Source: Hydrolagus colliei
Taxonomy: Eukaryota
Length of the DNA stretch: 64,000 bases
Direction: 5' to 3'
NCBI GenBank assembly: GCA_035084275.1
Contig: CM068743.1
Location: 112,840,001-112,904,000 of the forward strand
The translations under genes and the position numbers were made by a program. Numbering within the stretch: the stretch's first letter is position 1; every line of letters begins with the position of its first letter. Positions 52,118 to 64,000 of the stretch are shown here, piece after piece. Below the pieces are notes generated by a model. It made no database searches, was not told where the DNA came from, and saw only the letters and a program-made list of their open reading frames with translations.

Positions 52118-53021
52118 GAGAGAGAGACCTGGGTTCAATTCCCGGCCAGGGCGATACCTTGGGCAAATTTCCTTACTCCACATGCCTAATAATCGAATTC
52201 AAGATCCTCGTCCTCACCTTCAAGGCCATTCACGGCCTTGCCCTCCCCCCACCTCTCCAACCTGCTGTTCCCCTATAAACTTCCCTGCCCCCTACGTTCA
52301 GCGGGATCCAGCCTGCTCCACGTCACCCGCCCTACCATTGGCGGATGGGCTTTCAACCTCTCTGTCCCCACGGTGTAGAACTCCATCCCTTCACCTTGCT
52401 CCGTACTTCGCCTCCTTCAAGGCCGGTCTCGAGACCCTCCTCTTCGACCGTGCCTTCTGCTGCCCTCCCAACTCTGTCCCCTCCTAACTCTCTCCCGCCC
52501 CTCCCCCCTACCCTGCCCCTCTCCCTTGATTGAGTCCCGACCTGACTGTTCAGAGCATTGGGACGTCCTCCCAACGTGAAAGGCGCTCTATAGAGGTAAT
52601 TTTGTTGTTGTTGTAATACAGTAAGATCCCGTTTATCTGGCACCCGATGAATCGTAACTTCTGTATAATCAGCATTGCAAAAAAACAGTCTGCATTCGAT
52701 TAACTGTAATTTATCCGGAAAAATGCATTGAATTTTTTTGTTTTTTCCCCGCGTTTTCGGCCGAATATCAGGCAGGCACATTGGCCAGATCCCGAGGGTG
52801 CAGGATAAACAGGCTTTTATTGTAATAAGCCCTAAAAATAATAATAAATTAGTCATTTCAATCCATGACTGTTTGTGCGACACCCGCTGTGAACAATTGG
52901 CTACTGCGTCTCTCCGACATATATATAGTCAATTCAGTTTACAGTATATTCCATGAAGCGCTTTGAGACGTCAATAAGATGTGAAAAGCGCAGTATCAAA
53001 TGCAAGGATTATTTATTATTA
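52118..53021 (+). mobile_element. Nested insertion: SINE A split by an L2 3' end (~52194-52613) and MITE B (52619-52822)
   Basis: The SINE head ends at gcctaataat; the body resumes after the MITE's TA. Confidence 0.88.
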
Positions 53022-53985
53022 TCCCAATGATTGTCCTAATCTTCCAGATAGTGAACCCAGTACATGATATCAACTGGTGAATTTCTTAATAAATGAGAAT
53101 AGGATCTATTTTGGATCTAGCATAAAATCAACATTGAAATCTGTGGAAAAGCAGAGACATTTAACTGCAATTGCAATAACTATTATTATTATCTGCTGCC
53201 GCAATTCCCAAGCATTGACTTGAAGTTTACTTTACGCCTTCTCGCTCCTCCCCAGTTCACTGATGAGCTGTGGAAACTAGTTTACTGGTAAACTAATGGT
53301 TAATTAGAAATGGAATATCCACTGAGCCATCCATCCCTTAAGGGTCAAGCAGGAGTCTGTGTGCGATCTACACCATGGGATTTACTAGCATTGCTTGAGT
53401 TGTCTTTTTTCATATATAAAGTATTTTCATGCACAGAAAACATATAATGAAAGAAAGTTGCATTTGCTGACTAGGATTAAACCCACAGTATTATCATACA
53501 AGTACACGTGTTTCTCATTCAGCCATGAAAGACTTAATCTGTAACTAAGAGGCCTTTTTTGCATGAATAATATATACTGAAAAAGCTTTATCTTGCCATT
53601 AATACTGACCTTGGTGAATAATTCATGTTCTGATTCTGTGCATTTCCCTGGGTAAGCAAACCAGTGAACCTTTCTGCTGTGAGAGAGGTGGGGGACGGGC
53701 AAATCTGCCAGGGTCTGATTTTCATTTTCCAGTCATGAAATCAGTTTATTTCCTCTCTTTACTCCCCCTCTTTGTTTTTTTGTCAAAGGCTATCAGGAAT
53801 GTTACAGTAAGTGCTCTCCTGTCTATCCTAATGTATTGTCAGTCCCCTTCTGGATAATCTGTAGATGGCCAGGTCTGCATACTTGGGGATTGCACTTTAA
53901 CTTGATATTTCGGTTAACAAAAAGCATTGACAATCTGTGTTTTTTACATTTTGTGGTGATGATGAATAACAATTTATTTATTTGA

Positions 53986-54283
53986 AATCCTGTAGCTCAG
54001 CAGTTAGAGCATTTGCCTCCTTCCTGGGTTTGATTCCAGGCAGGGCAAAACCTTAGACAAGTTTCCTTACTCCACATGTCTAATTTTAATCCCTCGAAAA
54101 AAAAACAATAATAAATTGATCATTTTAAATTCGCGGCTGTTTGTGGGACACTGCTATGCGCAATTAGCTGCCACATTTTGCCTACAATATATAGTCAATT
54201 CACTTTACAGGATATTCTGTGAAGCGCTTTAAGACGTCGAGAAGACGTGAAAAGCGCTATATCAAATGTAAGGATTATTATTA
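53986..54283 (+). mobile_element. SINE family A
   Basis: Near full-length copy. Confidence 0.88.
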
Positions 54284-56059
54284 AGAATTATTATTATTTA
54301 TTGTGGTCATCATTCCCCTCCTGAAAGGACCATTACAGACCATTTCCATATATAAAAGAGCACAATAGTGATTGACATTGCCACTTATGAAGGACTGATA
54401 GGCTTTTTGCACAGTGTCAGGAATACAGGCAAGGTTAAACGGATCGATGGCTGTTTTGCTGCATGTGCAGGATGCTGGTAGCACTTTCATTATTCAACGT
54501 GAGGAAAATGAAGAGATCTAAAGCTGTCTTGAGTTGTGTTTTTCTTCTTTTTTTCAAATCTTAACACACTTTTAGTTACTATTTTGGGGATCCGGTAGAG
54601 GTATAAATATATGTCCATGTGAAGTGGACCAAAGGTAAGTGAAAGGAGGGGAAGAAAGGGATAGACTTAATTCTTCAGACCACAGCAGCCTTTTTATTGT
54701 GTGAATACTTCTTGATTTGTTTGTTTATTGAAATAAATAATAATGATAAACCTGCAGTCATTGATGCCCTGACTCCACCCCAGACACACACCCACAGTCA
54801 TACTATTCAGAATGATATCTGGTCATGGCCAGCACATGGTCTGCTGTTAGTCATCAGAAAAACATGTCAAAAAATTGCATCAGCTAAACAACAAGAACAA
54901 CAAATTACTAAACTCTGTACCCCACCACACCAGTTCTAGCCAGGCTCCACTTGTTCCCTATCGCCAAATGGATCAGTTTCAAGATTTTCACACTTGTTTT
55001 CAAATCCCTTCATGACCTAGCACCTCCCTTCCTCACTGACCTGCTTAGCACTCAACCTGTCCCTCGAGCCTTCCATCGGTGATCGCACTTTCAGCCATTA
55101 CGCTGCGAAACACTGAAACTTCTGGGATGCTACCCTATGTGAGAGGAGCTAGAGAATGCAAGTTGTTATTGTAATTTGTATAGCGGCTTTCACATCAGGA
55201 GGACATCCCAAGACACGGACGACTGTCATTCTCCCAAAGAAACCAATTCAGATTAGAAAATTTGTGGTATTCCTTAGCACATCTTTTGTCTTATTCAACA
55301 TAAGGAATACTTTAAGGAATCCTACTATAGCCAATGAATACCATGAGGCCTCAACAGAGTCCTGACATTTGGCTCTTTCGCACAACAGCCATTAATATAA
55401 ATTACATTTTGCTTTGTATTGACTTATGCATCAATTGTGTCGGCAATTGTCATGTGATAGAACCAACTGTCACTCTTACTTCTTGTGCAAGATATAATAA
55501 ATACCTGAAACTGTTGTCGCTCCTTAACCTAACTGGACTCGGATAGAAAGAACCTGCATTTTTATAGTGCTTGTAATGTTAAAACATCTCAAGTGCCTCA
55601 CAAGTGATTACTGTCAAATGTAGTACTGTAATTGGTTTTGTAGGCAAACACAGCAGTCATTTTGCACACAGCATAGTCCCGCAACCAGGCATGAGATGAA
55701 TGATTGAAGCAGTGCCTATAAAATACATAGTCACAACGCTTTACAGTAATTCCCATGCAGTGCTTTGAGATGTCTGCCAGATGTGAAAAAATGCTATATC
55801 AAATATAGGGATCATTATTATTATTATTTGGAAGACTTTCTTTTTCAATAGTGTAAAGGATCTTTAATGCTGGTAACCAGGAGGATAGGATTTTGGTTCA
55901 ATACCTCATTTGAAGTATGGCATCTCTGATAATACAGTGTTCCCCAACATGGTGGTTAGACACTAGGCTGAGCAAAAAAAGAAGCAGTGGAGGTGGGGAT
56001 CAGATTATTGTTCCAGGTATACAGAGGAGTTTCATCCCAATGTGTCCAAAATCTGAAAA

Positions 56060-57170
56060 CTCATTTATTGTTTTGCGCTCCACGTACTTTTCCTGCCTAC
56101 AACACAGAAAGATGTTGTTGTACTTAACCAACCACCTCCATTTCAACTTAGCAAATGGTTTCTCCCCCCGACTGGCCCGTTCGCTTGCGGGGTACCCTAT
56201 GGTTCCATCCTTCTTTTCCTCATCTGCATGCTGCCTTTTGGTGATGTCATCCACAGACATGGAATAAACTCCCACATGTAAGCACTTGACACACAAACCT
56301 ACTTTGCCTCCTCCAGCTAGACTCCAGGTCCACCTATGTTCTATCAGCTTGTCCGGCAGACATCAGGTCCTGGATGAATGCAAATATCCTGCAGCTGAAC
56401 AAGACAGTAGCCATTCTCTTCACTCCTGCAGATCTGATCTCCCAAACTTCCCACCCTCTCCCTCTAACTCACCGAACCAGTGACAATCTAGGTGTCTGGT
56501 TTGACCCTCAGATGTCCTTATTTCTCCACACTTGGTCCCTGACCAGGACCACTTTCCTTCATCTCCGCCACATTGCCCGCCTCCGACCGTACCTTATCAC
56601 AAAAACCCTTTAGCATCTGTTTGTCACATCCCACCTGGATTACTCAAACGCACTCCTCGTCGGTCTCTCCAACTCCACTATTTAAAAAATCCAGCTCATT
56701 CAGAACTCTGCTGCCCGCATATTTACCCAGACGAAACTCTGTACCCACATCTTACCAGTTCTAGCCAGGCTCCACTGTCACCCCATCACGGAACAGATCA
56801 ATTTAAAGCTCCTCCCACTCGTTTTCAAATCCCTACACTCCCTGACATCCCCTGCCCTACCCAACCTCCTCACTCCTCAATCCACCACCTGGTCCTCTGC
56901 TCTATTGACAAATGCCTCCTGCTTGTCCCTCGCACCGTCCTCTTCACCATTGGAGGTTGCGCATTCACCCACTACACCTCAAACTCTGGAACCCTCTCCC
57001 TCAATCCCTCCGTCTTGCTCCCACTCTCCCCTTTTTCCAAGTCCTGCCTGAAAAGCTCCCTTTTCGACTGTGCTTTCTGTCCCCTCCCAGCCCTCTCTCT
57101 TCCCCCTGCTTGGAGTTAGTTAAGCTCTCTGAAATGCTACCCATGTGGAGGGTGCTATATATGTGTTGTT
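56060..57170 (+). mobile_element. Old L2 ORF2 fragment
   Basis: MNANILQLNKT..NLGVWFDPQ..FLHLRHIARLRPYL; frameshifted. Confidence 0.8.
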
Positions 57171-57357
57171 ATCTTTTGCTAGGTTTGAGCTCCATGGTTG
57201 TATGGGGATTACTCAAGTCATTGTTCTTCATGTGTGAGCCCTGCTAGTGGTGGGTAACAAGCTGGTGACTGCAGACATCTCACCAAGGTATTTGTCCCCA
57301 CTAACTTTTCAGCAAGAATCACTGGAATGGGATAATAATAATAATCCTTACATTTAT

Positions 57358-57600
57358 GGAGTCCTGTAGCTGTGGTTAGAGCACTCGCCATACAAGAGAG
57401 AGACCTGGGTTCTATTCCAGGCAGAGCGAAATTTTGAGCAAATTTCTTTACTCCACATGCCTGATGAGAATCCCTCAAAAAAAACAATAATGAATTGGTC
57501 ATTTCAATGCATGACTGTTTGTGGGACACTGCTGTGCACAATTAGCTGTCACGTTTGCCCACAAAATATACTATATCAAATGCAAGGATTATTATTATTG
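57358..57600 (+). mobile_element. SINE family A with internal deletion
   Basis: Head, Deu core and tail present. Confidence 0.85.
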
Positions 57601-57946
57601 ATAACAACAATTTGCATTGATATAGTGCCCCTCACATGGGGTAGTGGACCAGAAAACTTAAATATAACACTATATTACAGCACAGGTACATTGTAAACTG
57701 GATTGACTGTGTATTTTGTGAGCAAAACTTGATAGCCAGTTGTGCACATCCGTGATCCTGAAAGTCATAGATTGAGTGAACAGTTTTTTTCAATGAATTA
57801 TTACCCCAGGAAAGTGATCCAGCAATCAATGAACAAGCAGATAATACAATACCATTATTACTTTTGCCTTTCCCAAGTACATTGAGCCCAATCATATTTT
57901 CCCTAGCTCCTACTGTTAAGAGATCTGCAGAATGAACCAACAGGGA

Positions 57947-58172
57947 AGGGAGTTCTTGAGTATCTAATAGGGAGTTCCTGAGTATTTAACATGGAGGTAT
58001 TGAGTATTTATCAGGGAGATATTGAGTATCTAACAGAGAGGTATTGGGTATTTAAAAGGGCAGTATCGAATAATGGGCACGTCCCCCAATGTGAAAACCG
58101 CTATACAAATGTAATTTTGTTGTTGTTGTATTTAACAGGAAGGTATTGAGTATTTAACAAAGAGACATTGAG
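57947..58172. repeat. Diverged ~21-22-bp minisatellite (AGGGAGGTATTGAGTATTTAAC) interrupted by an L2 tail (58074-58128)
   Basis: About 8 imperfect units, visible directly. Confidence 0.8.
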
Positions 58173-60597
58173 TTCTACCAGTGATTGAAACCCAGGTACC
58201 TCAAATGTGTGCGTATACAGTTGTCAGTTTTTGGTTCTGCCACTGACCAAAGGACCTGGTGATAATGCTAATGCAGTATTGAGGCTCTGCATCCAGCACA
58301 ATAGAATCAGACATTATCTAGCAGCTTGGACTATGCCGTCTGCCAGCTGACAGAGGCCAGGCTCTGAGAGGAGATATGAGAGTGTTTGGGAGCAGGATCT
58401 GACTCATTCAGAAGTGCATGTGTGGCCCCAGTAGCCTATAAATTAGAGGGGAAAGAAGACAAAATGGAAATAAATGAGGAATTAAAAGAGAAATGTCATG
58501 TAACTAGGCCCAATCTTCAAACTACCTATAGTGTATGGTTCTGTGTGAACTGAGTACATTTTCATTTAGAATTGAAAGAGGACGTCATCTGTTCCAGCAT
58601 TGAGCATCCTAATTTTGTCCTTAACAGAATTATGTTTCTGAGTCACTCTCCCTATTGTTTGTTGCGTTTCTTGTATTGAATCACGGGCTGCTGTAGTTGT
58701 ATTTGTCTGGTGTCTGCTGCGTTGTGCCTCTTGTCAGTTCATTGGTGACTAATTGACACTGATCAGGGGCAGCATGGATGACAGGCACCAGAACTGGAAC
58801 AGTTGCTGTCAGCAGTCACACTGTATGTGTAAAGGTCATTGTGACCTTTGAGTGGCATTCAAGATGAGATCATTTGTAAGTGATTATGGGGGAGAGGGGG
58901 TATTGCAATATTGATCTCAGTGGACAATTGGTCAATCTTCAACGTAAATTTGTTCATTGAGTTTTTCATTCACGCAGATTTGATTTGTAATGAAGTCTAG
59001 GCAGAAAGGTCAAAACAGCACCTTATAAAGATCGGAGCTGCACTAGTGAGGTCAGGACTCATAATCGATTGCTGTTACCATAGACGTAAGGATACTCATT
59101 TCCATTTTTTAAAATTTCTGCTTGCTTTTGTCTTCTGCTAATCTGAGAGTTTGTCTGTTTGCCTAGTTTGGATTGTGCAAATAAATATTTTCCAATCATC
59201 TTTTATATCATTTCTCATTGTTGAAAGTGGGACTCCACACATTTGGTGGTGCTGAGCAGACAACAAAAGACATAATCAGCAAGCTGCTTACTTGTACATC
59301 ATGACCAAACACTTTGTGGATACCCAAGCGAAGAGGTTCTAATTGGAGTAGAAACCACATAAAGATGCAATAATCTCATACTGTGCACAAAGAAAAAAGT
59401 TTACCATTAACAACAACAACAACTTAAACTTATAAAGCGCCTTTCACATCGGGAGGACATCCCAAGGCGCTGATTTACTAAACAATGAAAACAGGCACAG
59501 GAATAATAGTATGAGTAGGAAATCCAGATGAGTCGAATGGATCCAGAGTTTGGGAAGGAAAAACTCAGCCAGGATTTCTACTGTTGATTCACCGACCAGT
59601 GACCCTCTGCTGGAAGTGCACGTGTGTGTAGGTCGAATGGGGACATGATCAGACATGGCGTCAATGTTACTGTAGTCTAATAGCCTATTCAAGTTCATAC
59701 ATCAGTAATAATAATAATAATTATGATTCCTTGCTTTTGATATAGTGCCATACTACATCTTCAACGCATCTCAAAGCTCTTCACCGAATATTACTGTAAA
59801 GAGAATTGACTATATAGTTTGTTGGCGAAACGGGATAGCCAATTGCACACAACAGTGTGCCATATACAGTTGTGATTGAGGTGTGAAATTATTATTATCG
59901 TAGTCACTCCTAATGTCCAAGCAATTAGATGCCAACAGAAGGACAAATGAAATACACCGTCAGGAGAGAAGGACAGCCACAACTACAAAATTACATTTGT
60001 ATTGCATCTTTCATGTCGGGAGGATGGTCCAAACACAACTGATAACATTTTTAGCTTGGCACAGTTGGTAGGAGTCTTAGCTTTGGATCATAAATCATAT
60101 ATGAACCCAAAGCCTAAGCTGACATGCCTGTGTGATGGCAGAGGGGGGAATAGAGAAATGCTGCATACTTGGATAATGCAATGTTAAATTGACCTCCTGT
60201 CTGCCTGTTTAAAGTCTTTCAGTAATCTCATAACACTAAATGAAAAGGGAATTTCTCTTGATGTCCTGGCCAACAATCCTTTAGATAAATTGGTCAGTCA
60301 CTTCTTGGCTAATTGGAGTTTTGTTTCTGCATTTGCTTATGAATACAGTCACTCTTCTTGATAGTAATTGCATGGTGATGTATAATTGTTCTTTCTTAAA
60401 AGCAAATAAAAAAGTTTCAGGTTCAATAAGCCTCATAGGCAATAGAAAATTGTAGCTAAACACTTTCAACCCTGTGTTTGGAAATTGCCATTGTAATCTG
60501 TAATTTACTCAGATACAGTATCTGCACTGGTAAAACATCAATTTCCTTCAGTTGCTAATCACACAGAGGTTTTGCTGTGGTAGGAAAATTGATACCC

Positions 60598-60793
60598 TCA
60601 GGATGAAACATCCTCTCTGTCACAATGTTTGTGGTGTTGTGCAATAGCACAAGCCGAAAAGGTGAAGAAGAAGAAAAGACAATTTTACTGGATGGTTTTA
60701 TTGCTGGTGCCTGTTACAATACTACCTGGTCTGGTTTATAAGCAGTTGCAGAAGTATTTGGCTGAATGTTTTGTGATGAACTCCAGAAGCTGA
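60598..60793 (+). pseudogene. TPR remnant IAGACYNT / GLVYKQLQKYLAE (1-nt frameshift near 60725)
   Basis: Reconstructs the AxxYNxLGxVYxxLxKY TPR consensus; MKHPL lies upstream. Confidence 0.55.
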
Positions 60794-61362
60794 TTGTGTG
60801 AGGTTGATCAGAGGAGGCTGCAAAGGAAAGAGAAAGAATTTCCATTTGAATAGTTCCCTATTGCGTTGTTACATGGAATGTTGCCTCAGGGAAACAAACC
60901 AATTGGTCCAGTTTGTCCATACTGATGTTTATAATCTACATGAGCCCCAACCCTCCTATTCCCCTCACTTATACCCTTCTATTCCTCTTTCCCTTGTATA
61001 AGCATAAAGTTACCCCTTAAATACATTGGTGCTTTTGCTTTAGTCACAGCTTCCACCAGTGAATTCCATTCTCACCACCTTATTGTGAATACATTTCTCC
61101 TAAACTCCATATTAGATCTACCCCCTAGCTATCTTATATTTATGTCATCTAATTTTGCAACCCACCAGTAAGTGGTTGCAGTCTATCAACATCCATCTTA
61201 TCAAATCAGAATACTGTAATATAAAAACCTTGCATTTAATGAAGGGGCTTTCACGGCACAAGGGCATCTTGAGGTGCTTCACAGCATTTACTGTAATATT
61301 TGGTCAATATGTATTCCCAATCATCTCAACTCTGGAGCGAATAGCTCCAACTTGTCCAATCT

Positions 61363-61454
61363 TTCTTGATAGCTAGATCCAATCATTCTTGATAGCTAGA
61401 TCCAATCATTCTTGATAGCTAGATCCAATCATTCTTGATAGCTAGATCCAATCA
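61363..61454. repeat. Perfect tandem repeat (TTCTTGATAGCTAGATCCAATCA)x4
   Basis: Four identical 23-bp units with no spacers. Confidence 0.95.
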
Positions 61455-62319
61455 TCATTGGTAACATATTTGTAAATCAATGCAGCACTCTCACAAATGC
61501 TACAAATGCATATGATTTAAAGTGCTTTATTGTCAAGTGTGGTTACTGATTTTATAGGCAAATGTAGAAATCATTTTGCACACAGCAAGATTCCATAGGA
61601 AGCCATGAGGTGAATGAGTTATTTAGAGGCTACATGTACTGTTCTCTCTGGAGCGGATAATGTTGTTTTTAATGGTGTTATTTGTGTTCAGTGAATTAAG
61701 AAAAGATGCCATCAAACCTGTTTCCATGCACTTAAGGCTCTAATAAATGTTCTTGATGGTCAGAGGAAGGAAGAATTGACAGTGCCTCTTATCTTGTTGT
61801 AATACTAAACACAAAGGAGAGCGGAGTGGGGATGGGGGTCTCAGTGTAATAATTATATGAATGGTAATGTGGTGTGAAACTCACATCATTCAATTCTCCC
61901 TGAAGTGCCAATTTATAGAACAAACTTTATTTAATTATTAGAATGAAACCAGATGGACGAAAATGGGAATGTCACCTGAACCCTTCAGATTTATTTCTAG
62001 CTGTCACTCACTCCAGCTCAACTCTGACTGTGGCTCAGTTCATAACACTCTCACGTCTGAGTCAGAAAGTTTTGAGTTCAAGCCCCACTTCAGTACTTTG
62101 AACTCATGTGCTGGGATGTGCTGCATTGTCAGAAGTGCTATCAGCAGATGAGACATTAAACCAAGACATCTGCCTGTTTAGGTGGATGTTAAGGATCTCT
62201 TGACTATTCAAAAGACAGGGAGTTTCACCCAATGTCCCAGCAAATAATCCCTCAATTAAAATTTGGTCATTCACTTCACAGCTGTGTGACATCGCTGTGT
62301 GCAAATTAGCTGCAGCATT

Positions 62320-62641
62320 ATAATAATAATAATAATCCTTGCATTTGATATAGCGTGTTTCACATTTTATCGACGTCTCATAGCGCTTCACAGAATACCT
62401 GTAAAGTAAATTGAGTGTATATTTGTGGGCGAAATGTGCCAGCCAATTGCGCACAGCAGTGTAAACAATCGTGGACTGAAATTACCAATTTTTTGTTTTT
62501 GTTGGTTTTTTGGACGGATTATGATTAGGCGTGTAGAGTAAGGAAACTTGCCCAAGACTTCATCCTGACCTGCCTGGATTGGAACACAGTTCTCACATTT
62601 GTGGTGCTCTAACTGGCAAGTGCTCTAACCACTGTAGCTAT
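62320..62641 (-). mobile_element. SINE family A, tail-to-tail with an old DeuSINE (62020-62317, +)
   Basis: Reverse-complement copy. Confidence 0.85.
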
Positions 62642-62725
62642 AGCGACAGATGCCAGTGTTATAGAGACATACCTCAACTGAACCTTCATTCTGAAATGCT
62701 GACTCTGATCAGATCATGTTACACG

Positions 62726-63260
62726 AACAACAACAAAATTACATTTGTATAGTGCCTTTCTTGTCGGGAGGATGTCCCAAAGTGCTGGACAGTCAGTGCT
62801 TCAGACCCTAACTGGGGTCAGGATCGAGAAGTGTGGAAGAAATTGGGGACGACTGATGACATGTTTGAAAAAGAGGGTCAACAACAACATCGATTCATAT
62901 AGTGCCCTCCATGCTGGATGGCGTCTCAAAGCACTTCACAATAATGGATCCCAGGACCGAGCCAGGGGCAGGGGTAGAAAGATGACCAAAGGCTCGCTCG
63001 AACAGAAAGATCTTTAGCTGGGTCCTTAAACTAGGAAGAGAGGGGGCGAGGTGAAGGGAGTGAGGAAGGGAGTTCCAGAGCCTCTGGGCATAGTGACTGA
63101 AAGCACGGCCGCCGAGGGTGGAACGGGGGATTCGGGGGACAAAGAGGAGGCCAGACCCGGGTCTTGAGACTGGCCTTGAAAGAGGTTAGGGAGAGGGCGA
63201 GGCGGAGGGATTGTAGGATGGAATTCCAAAGTTTGGGGGCAGAGTGGCTGACGGCTCACC
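62726..63260 (-). mobile_element. L2 3' fragments
   Basis: L2 tails and the reverse of ctctgcccccaaactttggaattcc. Confidence 0.75.
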
Positions 63261-63299
63261 TGTCGAGGAAAAAAGGCATGGACTAAAATTCAGAACTAG

Positions 63300-63510
63300 G
63301 TCACCATATCTTGGGCATTCACAGCAAAACCCACATTGAGTGTGTCTGGAGCATCATAAACTCGGTAAAGGCAGCCTTTTGGCATTCCCAAACCAGGTCT
63401 TCTTCTGGCAGAACGAGGGTAGGGTGAGGCATCCTAGGATCAGGGACTATGTACTGAGGAATAAGCTGAAGTTCGGTTCCACCCCCGGCAAAGGCCAGAT
63501 GGGGCCTAAC
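63300..63510 (+). mobile_element. Tx1-clade LINE ORF2 C-terminal fragment
   Basis: WSIINSVKAAFWHS, then after a frameshift IRDYVLRNKLKFG, resembling the Tx1 motif W..INSVKDALW..RN...YVLRDALKLG. Confidence 0.6.
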
Positions 63511-64000
63511 TCCTGGCTCGGAGAGGTTCCTGCTCAAATCGCTCAAGGCGCACCCTCTAGCAGCCCATGAGCGCACCCAATGGTGACTAAAATAAACGTA
63601 AAAGTACAGAAGGACATACGATATGTAACCAAAAGGTCTCCCAAAAATGTATGTACGGGAAACAAGCGGGGTGCCTTGCAAAAGCGGCGTGCGCCTTATT
63701 GTCATTGTCAATGCCCACGTGTGCGGGCGCACACATGGATGTGTTGCACAAAGGGGCAACTCCAAACTGTTTTAAAGGGTGCGCCCCCCAAAAAAACATA
63801 TGCACAACCTGTGTGCAGTGAAGAAATGTAACATTAACAACGGAATGTTTTTTGAATTGGGAGAAAGGAAAAATGGAAAAGAAGATATTATATTTTGTAT
63901 TTGTTTGGGGATTTCTGTTGTACCAGCCCGTGGTTTTTCAGCCCATCTGGGCCTATGCATTCAGGAAGTGCCTTTCCTACCTTCCTCCGATCACAGCATC

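Larger units (their letters stand above)
5424..60793 (+). pseudogene. Decayed multi-exon gene for a DUF4062-NACHT(STAND)-TPR protein (TTC41/NPHP3/TEP1-like architecture); may begin upstream of 5424
   Basis: About 20 unique + strand segments, most bounded by pyrimidine tract-AG and GT. Their translations give, in the expected order, PxLxxxC..DxxWG, EI..P..GxYxW..FPWL, a KS Walker-A remnant, VIIID, KxxxGR, PWH, then TPR motifs. In-frame stops and frameshifts occur throughout. Manual inference only. Confidence 0.7.

Noticed and set aside
57947-58172. Second possible CRISPR-like array
   Set aside because: A degenerate contiguous minisatellite; its single interruption is an L2 tail.
61363-61454. 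CRISPR-like repeat array
   Set aside because: The units are contiguous with no spacers, the context is vertebrate, and there are no cas genes.

Overview
Eukaryotic, repeat-rich genomic DNA, most likely from a cartilaginous fish (inferred from the Deu-domain tRNA-SINE / L2 / CR1 / Tx1 repeat mix). I find no intact host protein-coding gene, RNA gene or CRISPR array, and nearly all ORFs in the track are repeat-derived or chance. The repeats are >15 copies of a ~330-bp tRNA-headed Deu-domain SINE, older DeuSINE-like copies, many 5'-truncated L2 LINEs (one with an open ~350-codon RT frame), CR1 and Tx1 fragments, and several hAT and Tigger-like MITEs with visible TIRs/TSDs. The main hidden structure lies in the unique sequence between repeats: a chain of + strand AG..GT-bounded segments from ~5 kb (possibly ~3 kb or earlier) to ~61 kb. 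Read in order, they give a DUF4062-like motif set, a degenerate NACHT/STAND P-loop region, a helical region, then many TPR repeats. This is the TTC41/NPHP3/TEP1-type architecture, but it carries many stops and frameshifts, so I interpret it as a ~55-kb decayed multi-exon pseudogene. The family assignment comes from manual motif matching, not a database search.
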